From the IMG/VR virus record IMGVR_UViG_3300025121_000020: 64,000 bases of DNA. One strand, 5' to 3'. The stretch's first letter is position 1, and the number at the start of each line of letters is the position of its first letter. Positions 19,501-27,700 of this stretch are shown here, piece by piece. The notes beneath the pieces are model-generated. The model was not told the origin of the DNA and did not search any database. It saw only the letters and a program-made list of their open reading frames with translations. Source of the DNA: an uncultured virus (IMG/VR IMGVR_UViG_3300025121_000020) (lineage: Duplodnaviria; Heunggongvirae; Uroviricota; Caudoviricetes). A program made the translations under genes and the position numbers.

Positions 19501-20989
19501 GTAAGTCAGAACGCTGAATGAGTCGTCCCGGACCTTTTTTGCGATGCTCGAATGAATCTAGGTCCAGCTCATTCAATGCTTTGAGAATCGCATTCCCAGC
19601 AGCAACGTTTTGTCGTGGGGTCATCTGCTCGACAATTTCTGCAATTGTTCTTGCACTTGCTCCGTTTTGGTCCAGTGCCTTCATCGCTACAAACGTCGTG
19701 GTGTCTGGTGCCACGTGAATCGCTCCCTTGTGCATAGCAGAGCTATGCTCTCCTAGCACGCTCTTCCAGTCCCGCATCGGCTCGAACCCCGCCACGCTCA
19801 CGTGCTTCGGGTGCACGCGGACCTCCCCCTGCTCGCTCTTGTTGCCACTTCTCGTAGCCAGCGCCGCCTCATCCAGGTAAGGGTGGTTGTACACTCCAGA
19901 TACCCTACTTGGGTGCGCGTACTTCAAGCTGTCGTGGTGCAGCCCTTTACCTACTCCCGCGACTACCTCCCCCCGTTCTGGGTCAACCAGCGCGTCTACG
20001 TTTGCATGCGCCCGGACCACTCCGATCTCGTCCGGGTCGATGGGCTTCGCCAACCCGCTGATGATCCAGGGTACGCGAAAGCGGTTCTCCGCCTCCGGTT
20101 GCACGCCGTGCGACGACGCCACCGCGTTGATCCGCTCCCTGACCTGCCTGGCGTACTCTTCGGGGTGATTGGCATCGAATCGACGGACATTCTCCCGCTG
20201 ATAGTTCGTCGCCTTCGGCATCCAGTGCTTGTCGAACCAGGCTACCACCTTCGGGTCCGCGTGCGCTTCGTTCAACGCAGCCAGCGCCGCTGCGATAATC
20301 TTCGCCCCTTCTGGACTCTCAGTAAACGAGACGGTATCCTCCGGACCCCCTCCCAGCACCTCACTCCTAGACTGCTCGCGGGACTTGAGCCCGGTGCGCA
20401 GGATGCTGGACCCTGCCGCCGTCGCGTGATACAGCGGTCCCGGCAGCGCCCCGCCCGCGGCCCAGCGCTCCGCGTGTTCCGACCGCGCCGCCACGGCACC
20501 GGGATGGGTGGCCTCCGCCCGTTGGCGAGAGTCCTGGACGTGCTGCGTCTTGTGCGCGACGTCGCGATCGCGCGCCACCTGGTCTGCCCGGTCCTTCTCT
20601 TCATATGCAGCGCGCCCGAGGTCGCCGTAGGAATCAAAGACGTCTGACATGCTCGCGACGTCTTTGATTCCAGCTAATTTTTCCGCATTGTCCGAGAGCC
20701 AGGTTGAGACGCGCTTCCGGCCCTCCGCCTCCCCCAGGTGCTGGGAGACGCCGTCGTGCAGGGCGTCAACGGCATCCGCGTGGGTGGTCTTCCCCGCGCG
20801 GTACTCCGCGTGCGTCAGGGCGTGGTTCAGGTCGAAGGAGAGCGTAACCTCCTTCCGCGGGGAGGGGGAGCCCTGGTCGCGGATCCACGCGTCGTATGCA
20901 CCGCTGCCGGATAGGTGAGCGGCTTGCTCGGCTACGGTGGACCACTTGCCGTGGGCGTCGCGCTTCTCAGGGGTGACGTCAGGCTTCAC
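16580..20989 (-). CDS. 1469-aa polyvalent protein: ART-like domain + inorganic pyrophosphatase (InPase) + leader-like module
   Basis: Likely GTG at 20989 (GGAG SD, GTGA overlap). ART-like LYHAT...GL...VSFT...EQGEV. InPase VENPRGS.RSG..PDGK.W...YG...D..D.Y...FDE.K.FLG. Internal MLKG-RVP..IVGWRT module. Confidence 0.85.
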   Translation of the reverse strand: MKPDVTPEKRDAHGKWSTVAEQAAHLSGSGAYDAWIRDQGSPSPRKEVTLSFDLNHALTHAEYRAGKTTHADAVDALHDGVSQHLGEAEGRKRVSTWLSDNAEKLAGIKDVASMSDVFDSYGDLGRAAYEEKDRADQVARDRDVAHKTQHVQDSRQRAEATHPGAVAARSEHAERWAAGGALPGPLYHATAAGSSILRTGLKSREQSRSEVLGGGPEDTVSFTESPEGAKIIAAALAALNEAHADPKVVAWFDKHWMPKATNYQRENVRRFDANHPEEYARQVRERINAVASSHGVQPEAENRFRVPWIISGLAKPIDPDEIGVVRAHANVDALVDPERGEVVAGVGKGLHHDSLKYAHPSRVSGVYNHPYLDEAALATRSGNKSEQGEVRVHPKHVSVAGFEPMRDWKSVLGEHSSAMHKGAIHVAPDTTTFVAMKALDQNGASARTIAEIVEQMTPRQNVAAGNAILKALNELDLDSFEHRKKGPGRLIQRSDLPKVDLPLHGTTDGTYKGFNPDEACDALGRWSPSLRDAVAQWHDLETAPDQSGEIDGIPYDDYVLNHQDNTIREASHELGLNREAATKVVLNAVDEYKDSILEDAADVRGKGRLAKMRALALKYGGDASRLRGKHVAREVGGTEKEQADLFRAYSMPMRKGTREVPVLPYTGFNRRDHPFTGIIRYQGIPVAVENPRGSHRSGIAPDGKPWSTLMHAHYGEVHGLGAVDNTGDKWDAYVVHDEPDAPDSYTVRQLDEHGAFDEPKTFLGCWSPEEARARYLAQYDASGPMLFGGVVAMPVDKLRETLADDFLRGEFLDELRNVSRDMLKGDHRVPNDKIVGWRTNKAEGKVFPITAEQDADHPVQDTALHERILREVAEHHTGERGGDYSRPWNDPAFKKHTGIPEALETMRKLSHHAREKETLRESSPEARLDKAGPWAKRSLEGATPRHLEHALAGAKMLRERLADPATVPRQTYITYKHGRLAALDGAVPSHLAPVAGQQHRDAVRAALAAGKDVSPEVLADYPEMVRERKFGDRTYKRDDEYGWVDGEGKPVRSAEERKRLERGEDPSPLGRMRGIVQKRDEDFKKKSLTPEGSSVKTGGEPVQEDKMIKDTFSATDPDTHPAKVQPAEDTFSKRQLREWRAAPRVNLVGWAQDPRTELGRLTPDEIASLEMDLPRIAAAVKEGHRRRDQTPEERGKEIVAWKREKDAQALVEGETEQSLQSLSQYTGVLPASQVAENMGLLPKATDPVTVQQGTPRTGGVAIPPAPTQPLTDYNALGHQTAEHVGSQGDKVALHVRHAFVPDENVGTLQRSVTATVNGQHATLTGEHRYSGGVDYQMVQPQGVKGKLYGFPTKKYEALWDASRVESEKAMPPEWQEAHAAHQAAEKHQSPSTFDSRYAGTEDEHLFRTPGFEARKAQHIATKTAAKDARDKLLSTSHPIADRLKAHVTAEDARKKKESAEATERFMRSN

Positions 20990-21528
20990 GGGTGTACTCC
21001 CTGCATGGCATCGGCACACTTGATGCACTCTGGGGTGTTGTCGTCACGGTCAAACCCCTTCTCCGCCGCCCTGTCCGCGACGATGCCTCGCATTCGCAGC
21101 ATCGCTCGCGTCAGCTTCGGCTCTCCGTTCTCTCCTCCGAACAATATCTCTCGCATCACTTCGTCAAACTCCGGATACGCGTTCCGAGCGTACTCAATCA
21201 GCATCACGAAGTGCTCGATCTCTTCCTTCTTGTTGTGGGCCAGGATCTCGGCAAGATCCGTGTCCTTCGTCCGAACTATTCGGAGCGCGTACTGGTTGAC
21301 CGCGTCTAGCTCCTCCCGCATGCTCTCGAGCACGCGGGATATGTCCTTCACGTGCTCTGGGACGTCTTCAGACCAGGCGTCGGCGGCGCCTTTGAGCATC
21401 TCGTGGGCGGCAGTTAGTGCACACTCCCCCATCGATCGCTCGAGAACTTCACGGTGCTTCGGTGTGCCGGAACAGGTGGAGCCCCCTTTCAGCATCTCTT
21501 CTATGGTAGATCTCTTGAGCACTATCAT
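20986..21528 (-). CDS. Encapsulated-ferritin (EncFtn/Flp)-like protein with MIVLKRSTIEEMLKG leader
   Basis: EELDAVNQY...LAHNKKEEIEH matches the EncFtn pattern (EExxAxxxY...HNxxEExEH). The leader differs by one residue from that of 30119..32569. Confidence 0.82.
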   Translation of the reverse strand: MIVLKRSTIEEMLKGGSTCSGTPKHREVLERSMGECALTAAHEMLKGAADAWSEDVPEHVKDISRVLESMREELDAVNQYALRIVRTKDTDLAEILAHNKKEEIEHFVMLIEYARNAYPEFDEVMREILFGGENGEPKLTRAMLRMRGIVADRAAEKGFDRDDNTPECIKCADAMQGVHP

Positions 21529-21607
21529 CTCGTGATCCCCTTCGGTAGGTAGACTTTCTCTCCAGAATACCGCGCTCATCTGAATATCGCAATGTATTCC
21601 AGCACTG

Positions 21608-21637
21608 TTGACACCGTCAACCCTCTTCTGCTATCCT
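21608..21637 (+). promoter_or_regulatory. Sigma70-like promoter (divergent from EncFtn-like gene)
   Basis: TTGACA-N18-TATCCT with TGn extension. Confidence 0.6.
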
Positions 21638-21689
21638 GTGCGCATGAAACGCAACCCACACGACGCACGAAATCATCGAAGACGCCCTC

Positions 21690-21968
21690 GTGCGGACGAA
21701 GGGCAACCGACAGCAAGCGTGCGAGATCTTAGGGTGCGACAGGGTCTTCCTCTGGAGAGCTGTGAAGCGCTTCGGGACGACCGCGACGTGGGTGGGGGGA
21801 ACACCCGATCCGAGCAAGACGACCCTCTGGTGGCGGGACGACCGCGCGTATCCGGTGGAATGCCACACCACGATCGGGGGGTACTTCGTCTTCAGCTTGC
21901 CTACTCTCACCCGGGCTGCGTGCCGTAGGGAATGCGTGCACCCGTTATCCCCTCGTACTTTTTCTTAA
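21690..21968 (+). CDS. Fis-type HTH protein (start uncertain, possibly frameshifted)
   Basis: IEDALVRTKGNRQQACEILG...LWR..KRFG Fis-like HTH; similarity extends upstream of the GTG. Confidence 0.6.
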   Translation: MRTKGNRQQACEILGCDRVFLWRAVKRFGTTATWVGGTPDPSKTTLWWRDDRAYPVECHTTIGGYFVFSLPTLTRAACRRECVHPLSPRTFS

Positions 21969-21976
21969 AAAATACT

Positions 21977-22005
21977 TTGACATTCGTTCAAAACAGATTT
22001 ATAGT
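21977..22005 (+). promoter_or_regulatory. Strong sigma70-like promoter
   Basis: TTGACA-N17-TATAGT preceded by CTTAAAAAA. Confidence 0.8.
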
Positions 22006-22037
22006 GCCTCTTGTAACCTTTCACAAGGAGAGAGCAC

Positions 22038-22388
22038 ATGCGCGGTATCAACAAGGTCATCCTTCTCGGCACGGCAGGCAATAAAGCCCCTTCAGATGGT
22101 GGCGTCCTTCTGACGCTGTCTTCCACCCGGACGTTTCTCGACTCGATGGGCGAGCGACAAGAGGAAATCGAGCACCACCGGATCCTGTTCCGCGGACGCC
22201 TCTCCCACATCGTCGGAGAGTATATCGAGCGCGGGCGCTACCTCTATGTAGAGGGGCGCCTGCAGTCGACAACGCAAACCCTGCCCGACGGAACGGAGTA
22301 CACTGACACGGTGGTCCTGGCGGACACCGTGCAGTTGCTCAGTGATGGGAAGAAGGGGACACATGCGAGACCTTCACCGCCCGCGTAG
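22038..22388 (+). CDS. ssb: Single-stranded DNA-binding protein-like
   Basis: MRGINKVILLG...EHHRI.F.G.L..IVGEY..RG..LYVEGRLQ; AAGGAG SD; lacks the acidic DDDIPF-type tail. Confidence 0.8.
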   Translation: MRGINKVILLGTAGNKAPSDGGVLLTLSSTRTFLDSMGERQEEIEHHRILFRGRLSHIVGEYIERGRYLYVEGRLQSTTQTLPDGTEYTDTVVLADTVQLLSDGKKGTHARPSPPA

Positions 22389-22516
22389 ACGGACGCGTGT
22401 GCAAATATGTGCAGTATGACTACCGTGGCGCGGATGGGAAGCTCTTTTCCACCGTCGCGAGTAAACTGGAAACGTGTCGCGCTCGACGCGATGCCTGGTT
22501 GGTGAAATCGTCATGA
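22367..22516 (+). CDS. DUF3873-like small protein or remnant (not in ORF track)
   Basis: ETFTARVDGRVCKYVQYDYRGADGKLFSTVASKLETCRARRDAWL resembles the QYDYR..DG.LFS.V...L..CR..RD.WL family as I recall it; only in-frame start is GTG 22397. Confidence 0.5.
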   Translation, partial: ETFTARVDGRVCKYVQYDYRGADGKLFSTVASKLETCRARRDAWLVKSS

Positions 22517-23163
22517 AGTGCACTCACAAAGGGCGCCAGGAAGACGGAACGTGGTGCGTATCTGCGGAGCGCTGCCCCGTCTTATACCCCTCCTCTTTCA
22601 TTCCGCCGAAAGAGGTAGTAGACGCGATCTCGAAGACAGACGGGACACCCGCAGCAGTATGCGCCGCCTGCCCGGACTACTACACAGCGCTCGAAGTGGT
22701 GCGGTCAGCGTTTCACGCGGGGCTGACGGGGAAGGTGCTGGACTGGCGAAACTACGTGAGGGAGGAGTAGTAATGAGTACCGTACCCCTGAGCGTATCCG
22801 GAACCATCTTGGCGCGCGACGAGTACGCGCTCCCCTATCACGAGGTATCTTCTCCCGCGACGGAAGAGTGCGTCTCCTGGGTACGCGATCAACGCGCCGC
22901 TGCATACCTCGTGGACGACTCGCACGCTCTGGCATCCGTCCTGCTGACCTTCGCGGACGGTAGCACGCTGGAGGTGTCCACATGAGCCTCGCAACAGAAC
23001 TCGTCACCCTGCTGCTACACTACATAGTGCCCCCTCCCGAAGAGATCCGGAGGCTGCACGTGGCCTTGTCACCGGACATGTTCGACGCCGCTTACGCGTA
23101 CTATGCGCTTTCTGGATACGAGCGCAACCTGATCTCTTTTGCAGACTTCATAGAGGTAGCACC

Positions 23164-23721
23164 TTGAACGTCTTCCTCCTCGATTCCGACCCCCTTCTGT
23201 CCGCCTCCTACCTTGTGGACGACCACGTCGCGTTCGTCACAACCGTTCCGGGCCGTGCCCCGATCCGCTCCTGCAAGATGGCGATCGAGGCCTGCCAGCT
23301 CCTCTCATCCGCTCACTGGTTCCCCGCTCGCACCGCCGCAGACCTCCCCCGCGAGCGCTGGCCCGCACCCTACCTCCCGACCCCCCCGAACCACCCTTGG
23401 GCAGTCGCCGTGCGCTCATCCCGGCATGCGTACCACCTCGTCCGGGAACACGCTCAGGCACTGCTGCTCGAGCACGAGCACCGTACCGGACGCGTCATGG
23501 AGAGCGTTCAGGCTGCGCTAGACCGCCTCTGGGAGCCACCAGAATGGCTCGAGTCCCGGGGCTGGCGTGTCCCTGTTTGTCGAGCGGGGATTGAGACGCT
23601 GTACGTGTCTGGAGTGGGGGAGGCGGTCCCGCTCTACCGCGCGTATTATGCGGAAGAGAAAGTCAAGAAGATGCCAAGGTTCACGAGACGGGTAGTGCCG
23701 TCATGGGCTGGGGAAGTATGA
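23164..23721 (+). CDS. Pyrimidine-dimer DNA glycosylase/endonuclease V-like protein
   Basis: MNVF.LD.DP..SA....D.HV...KM..E..QLLS.AH...Y.PT..NHP...YR.YY..EK signature. Confidence 0.8.
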   Translation: MNVFLLDSDPLLSASYLVDDHVAFVTTVPGRAPIRSCKMAIEACQLLSSAHWFPARTAADLPRERWPAPYLPTPPNHPWAVAVRSSRHAYHLVREHAQALLLEHEHRTGRVMESVQAALDRLWEPPEWLESRGWRVPVCRAGIETLYVSGVGEAVPLYRAYYAEEKVKKMPRFTRRVVPSWAGEV

Positions 23722-23790
23722 CACCTAAGCGATGACTGAGGAACAGTTCGCCGATTGCGAGTCCTGTCTGCAAAACTTCTTGAAGGTTTT

Positions 23791-24744
23791 ATGCTGGAAA
23801 ACATAGGGTTTTACACGCTGAGTGATGAGCGCGCGCGAACATCTTCTGCGTCGTCTCCGTTGGTCCGCTGCGAATTGATCCTGACAGGACGCTGCAATTT
23901 CCGTTGCCCGTACTGCCGGACGGTTGGCGGGCGTGACATGAGCACGCGGTGGGCTGCAGAAACGCTTGCCCTGTGGATTAAGCACGGCCTTCGTAACGTG
24001 CGGTTTTCTGGCGGGGAACCGACGTTACACGCAGGACTGCTTGACCTTGTGGTGCAAGCAAAAGCTGGGGGGGTTGAGCGCATCGCAATCAGTACGAACG
24101 GTTCCGCAGACCTGGAACTGTACCGTACTTTGATTGCCGTCGGCGCGAACGATTTCTCTATTTCGCTTGATGCTTGTTGCGCAGAGGACGGCGACCGCAT
24201 GGCAGGTGGGCGAAAGGGCGCATTCAAGCGCGTTGAGAACGCCGTGCGGGAACTGTCCATGCAAACTTACACTACGGTTGGCGTGGTGCTGACTGCCGAT
24301 AACCAGGTGCATGCGGAGGAAATTATCCGATTCGCTGACACGCTCGGGGTGCATGACATCCGCGTGATTCCCGCTGCACAGCACGGAACGGGGCTGCCTG
24401 CGCTGAGCGTGTCCGATGTTTTGCGCGCGAAGTACCCGATCCTGAATTACCGTCTCGGAAAATTCGAGCGCGGTGAACAAGTGCGAGGTCTAAGTGCTGG
24501 AGACCCGGCACGATGCGGCATTGTGCTCGACGACATGGCTGTGATGGGCGATCGGCATTACCCGTGCATCATTTACATGAGGGAGGGGGGAGAGCCGATA
24601 GGTAAGGTCGGGGACGTGATGCGCGAGGAACGAGAGCAATGGTCACTGACGCATGATTGTTTGGCGGACCCGATTTGCTCACGAAATTGTCTGGATGTGT
24701 GCCGGGACTACAATGTAGCCTGGCTGAGTAGCCTGGCTGAGTAG
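23791..24744 (+). CDS. Radical SAM protein (MoaA/PqqE-like core)
   Basis: CNFRCPYC, FSGGEPTL, ISTNGS, ISLD; Cys-rich C-terminus. ATG 23791 is the likely start. Confidence 0.9.
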   Translation: MLENIGFYTLSDERARTSSASSPLVRCELILTGRCNFRCPYCRTVGGRDMSTRWAAETLALWIKHGLRNVRFSGGEPTLHAGLLDLVVQAKAGGVERIAISTNGSADLELYRTLIAVGANDFSISLDACCAEDGDRMAGGRKGAFKRVENAVRELSMQTYTTVGVVLTADNQVHAEEIIRFADTLGVHDIRVIPAAQHGTGLPALSVSDVLRAKYPILNYRLGKFERGEQVRGLSAGDPARCGIVLDDMAVMGDRHYPCIIYMREGGEPIGKVGDVMREEREQWSLTHDCLADPICSRNCLDVCRDYNVAWLSSLAE

Positions 24745-24760
24745 CCTGGCTGAGTAGCCT
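24715..24760. repeat. 13-nt tandem repeat GTAGCCTGGCTGA x3.5 spanning the radical SAM stop
   Basis: Directly visible. Confidence 0.93.
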
Positions 24761-24782
24761 TATCCCCAGAGGTACCGGTACT

Positions 24783-27700
24783 ATGTTCACCCTTCCCCCC
24801 TCCCTCCCCCTGGGAGGCCCCACCGCACGCTACCACCACAATGTCGAGGCCCTGCGCGTGTTGAAGGCCTTACGCGACCGCTCCGCCGCGCCTGGAGGTG
24901 CCACGGATCTCGAGCGGGGTGCCCTCTGCCTCTACTCCGGCTGGGGGGACTCCGCCGTTCTGAAACTCGCCCGCCGCTTCGAGCCCTATGTCGGCCGCTG
25001 GTACAACCCCTCCGAAGACGTCGCCCCCCTGGTCACGGACGAGCAGTGGCAGGGAATACTCGCCTCCTCCGTCAACGCCCACTACACCTCTCTCGACATA
25101 ATCCGCGCCATCTGGGGTGGTGTCTCCCTGCTCGGTTTAGCGTCTCGTGATGCGCTCCGCATACTCGAGCCCTCCGCCGGCATCGGGCACTTCCTCGGTG
25201 CCGCTCCTGACTGGGTTCGAACCCAGGCAGAGCGCCCCGTCTTAGTAGAGCTGGACCCGCTGTCGGCGGAGATCTGCTCTTACCTCTACCCCGAAGCCGA
25301 GACGATCTGTTCCGGATTCGAGCGTACCTACCGCCATCCCCGGGGGGAGCGGACGCTATCCGGCTGGTTCGACCTATGCGTCTCGAACGTACCCTTCGGA
25401 AAGATCAAGGTCGCGGACCCGGGCATGCACCCCCGCGCCGCGACGGAATCCCTGCACAACTACTTCATCTCCCGCATGCTCGAGCTGACACGTCCGGGTG
25501 GGTACACAGTTGCCATCACGTCCCGCTACACGCTGGACGGGACCACTTCGGCGCCCGTCTGCCGCCGCGCGTGGGCACAGCACGCGCGGCTCGAGCTGGC
25601 CGTGCGTCTCCCCTGCGATACCTTCCGCATGAATGCCGGAACGGACGTGGTAACGGACGTCCTTTTCCTGCGAAAGCTGCACGAGGGAGAGAGTGGCAAC
25701 GGTGACGAGTGGGAGGGTACGGAGGAGCGAGAGATTTGCAGCGAAAAGAAGGAGAACGCGTACGTCCTACCCGACAGCACCGTGTCGCATTACGGCGCGT
25801 ATGGCGCGACCTGGCAGGAAATAACCGTCTCGTGCTCGGTAAATATCCCCACGTCGCGGTGGTATGCCCGGCACCCTGACTGCGTGATGGGGGTAGAGAC
25901 ACTGACCGGTTCGATGTACGCCAATAGGGGACGCTACGGAGACTTGACACCGGAGGCACAGGCTGCGGATCTGAAGTCAATGGATCGGTCCACGCGGTAC
26001 TCCCGCCGAAACTCCTACGAAGAAGAGTCTCGGCGAATGGAAGTCAGCCGCTACAACGTCGACTCGGGGCCGATGGCGCTGACTGAGCGGATGATCGAGA
26101 CGTTTCAGCGCTACTTGCGCCCTGCTGCGCAAGAAGTCTCTGCGCCAGAGCTACAAGTGCGTCCCGCCGCGCTCCCCAGCGCAGTCACCTTCGCGCCCAA
26201 AGACCCCGTACAGGAGGCCTGGTGGCTCGTCTATCGCACCGCGAAGCAAGTCATCAAGCTCCAGGTAGAGCGCTGCACGGACGACGAGCTGTCGCAGGCA
26301 CAGTCCGTCCTGTCCGGCGCGTACGACGTCGCGACCGCGCGGTCCGGGAAAGCCACTGCCGCCGGCACGGCGAAGGCCTTCCGCGATCGCCCCGACATCC
26401 ACTCCTTCTTACTGGCGCTCGAGCGCTCGGACGGCTCAAGGGAAGCGATCTTCACCCGGCGCACAATCTTCCCGGAAGCCACCCCAATCACGTCCACGGA
26501 TCCGGTAGACGCACTCTACTGCTGTCTGGACGCGTTGGGACGCGTTGATGCGAGTTGGATCGCTCGCGCCTGCGGGATCTCAGCGCTCGAAGCGGTAGAG
26601 AGACTCGGAAACCGCGTCTACCGCGACCCGGAGACGGGGGCCTGGGTGGTGCGAGAAGAGTACCTGAGCGGGAACGTGCGGCGCAAGCTGCGCACCGCAC
26701 GAGCGCACGCGATGCGGGATCCTTCCTACAACCGGAACGTGATAGCGCTCGAGACCGTGCAGCCGAAGGACCTTGGGCCGGAAGACGTTTCCGTTTCGCT
26801 GAAGTCTCCCTGGGTTCCGGAGCAATACCTGACCGCATTCGTCTTGTGCTTGATCGACGCCGCGCCCAACGCCAGCATCCGCCTCGTCCATCAGGTGGCC
26901 GGGTCGTGGGTGCTCGAGTGGTCATCTGCGCACGAAGACTACCGCACGGCCCGAAAGTGGCGCACGGACCGCGCCGCGCTCGGGTGGCTGCTGCAGTGCG
27001 GGATGGATGGAAGGACCCCGCTGGTATACGACGACGTGGAGGACACATTCGAGGGGGGCGGGAAGCGAAAGAGGCGTGTGCTGAACCAGGAACAGAGCGT
27101 CCTGGCACAGGCGAAGCTGGACGACATCCAGAAGGAGTATGTGAGGTGGCTGTGGGGCGGGAGGATAAAGCCGCAGGCGTTCACCGCAGCAGACGACGCG
27201 CGTCTCGACGATACCGGCGAGTTTTCCCCACAAAGGGCATTCGTTGACACCGATGTGTTGGAGAGAGTCAAAGACCTCCTGGACGCCTACAACGACCGCT
27301 TCAACTGCTTCGTCGAGCGCCGCTGGGACGGCTCGTTCTTGACCTTCCCCGGCATGAACAGCGAGATTACGCTTCGCAAGCTCCAGACGGACGGTGTGGC
27401 CCGCGTGCTCTTCGCGGACCGCAAGAACCACCCGGCCTACATCTGGGCTACGGGGGATGGCAAGACCTACGGCTCGATCGCCGCGGCAGAGAAGCGCCTG
27501 CAACTCGGGCTGACGCGGAAAGTGCTGATAACGGTACCTCGGCACCTGATCTCACAGTGGGCGGACGACTACCGCCGCCTGTTCCCCGGGCGAGCAGACC
27601 AGATTCTATGCGCGGGGAAAGACTCGCTCACCAAGAAGGAAAGAGGCGTATTCCTCTCCCGCGCGGCGACGGGGGATTACCGGGTGGTGATCTTGTCTCA

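Noticed and set aside
20986..21028. Programmed frameshift joining the ferritin-like ORF to the 1469-aa ORF
   Set aside because: A GGAG SD plus GTGA stop/start overlap at 20986-20989 explains it as ordinary translational coupling.
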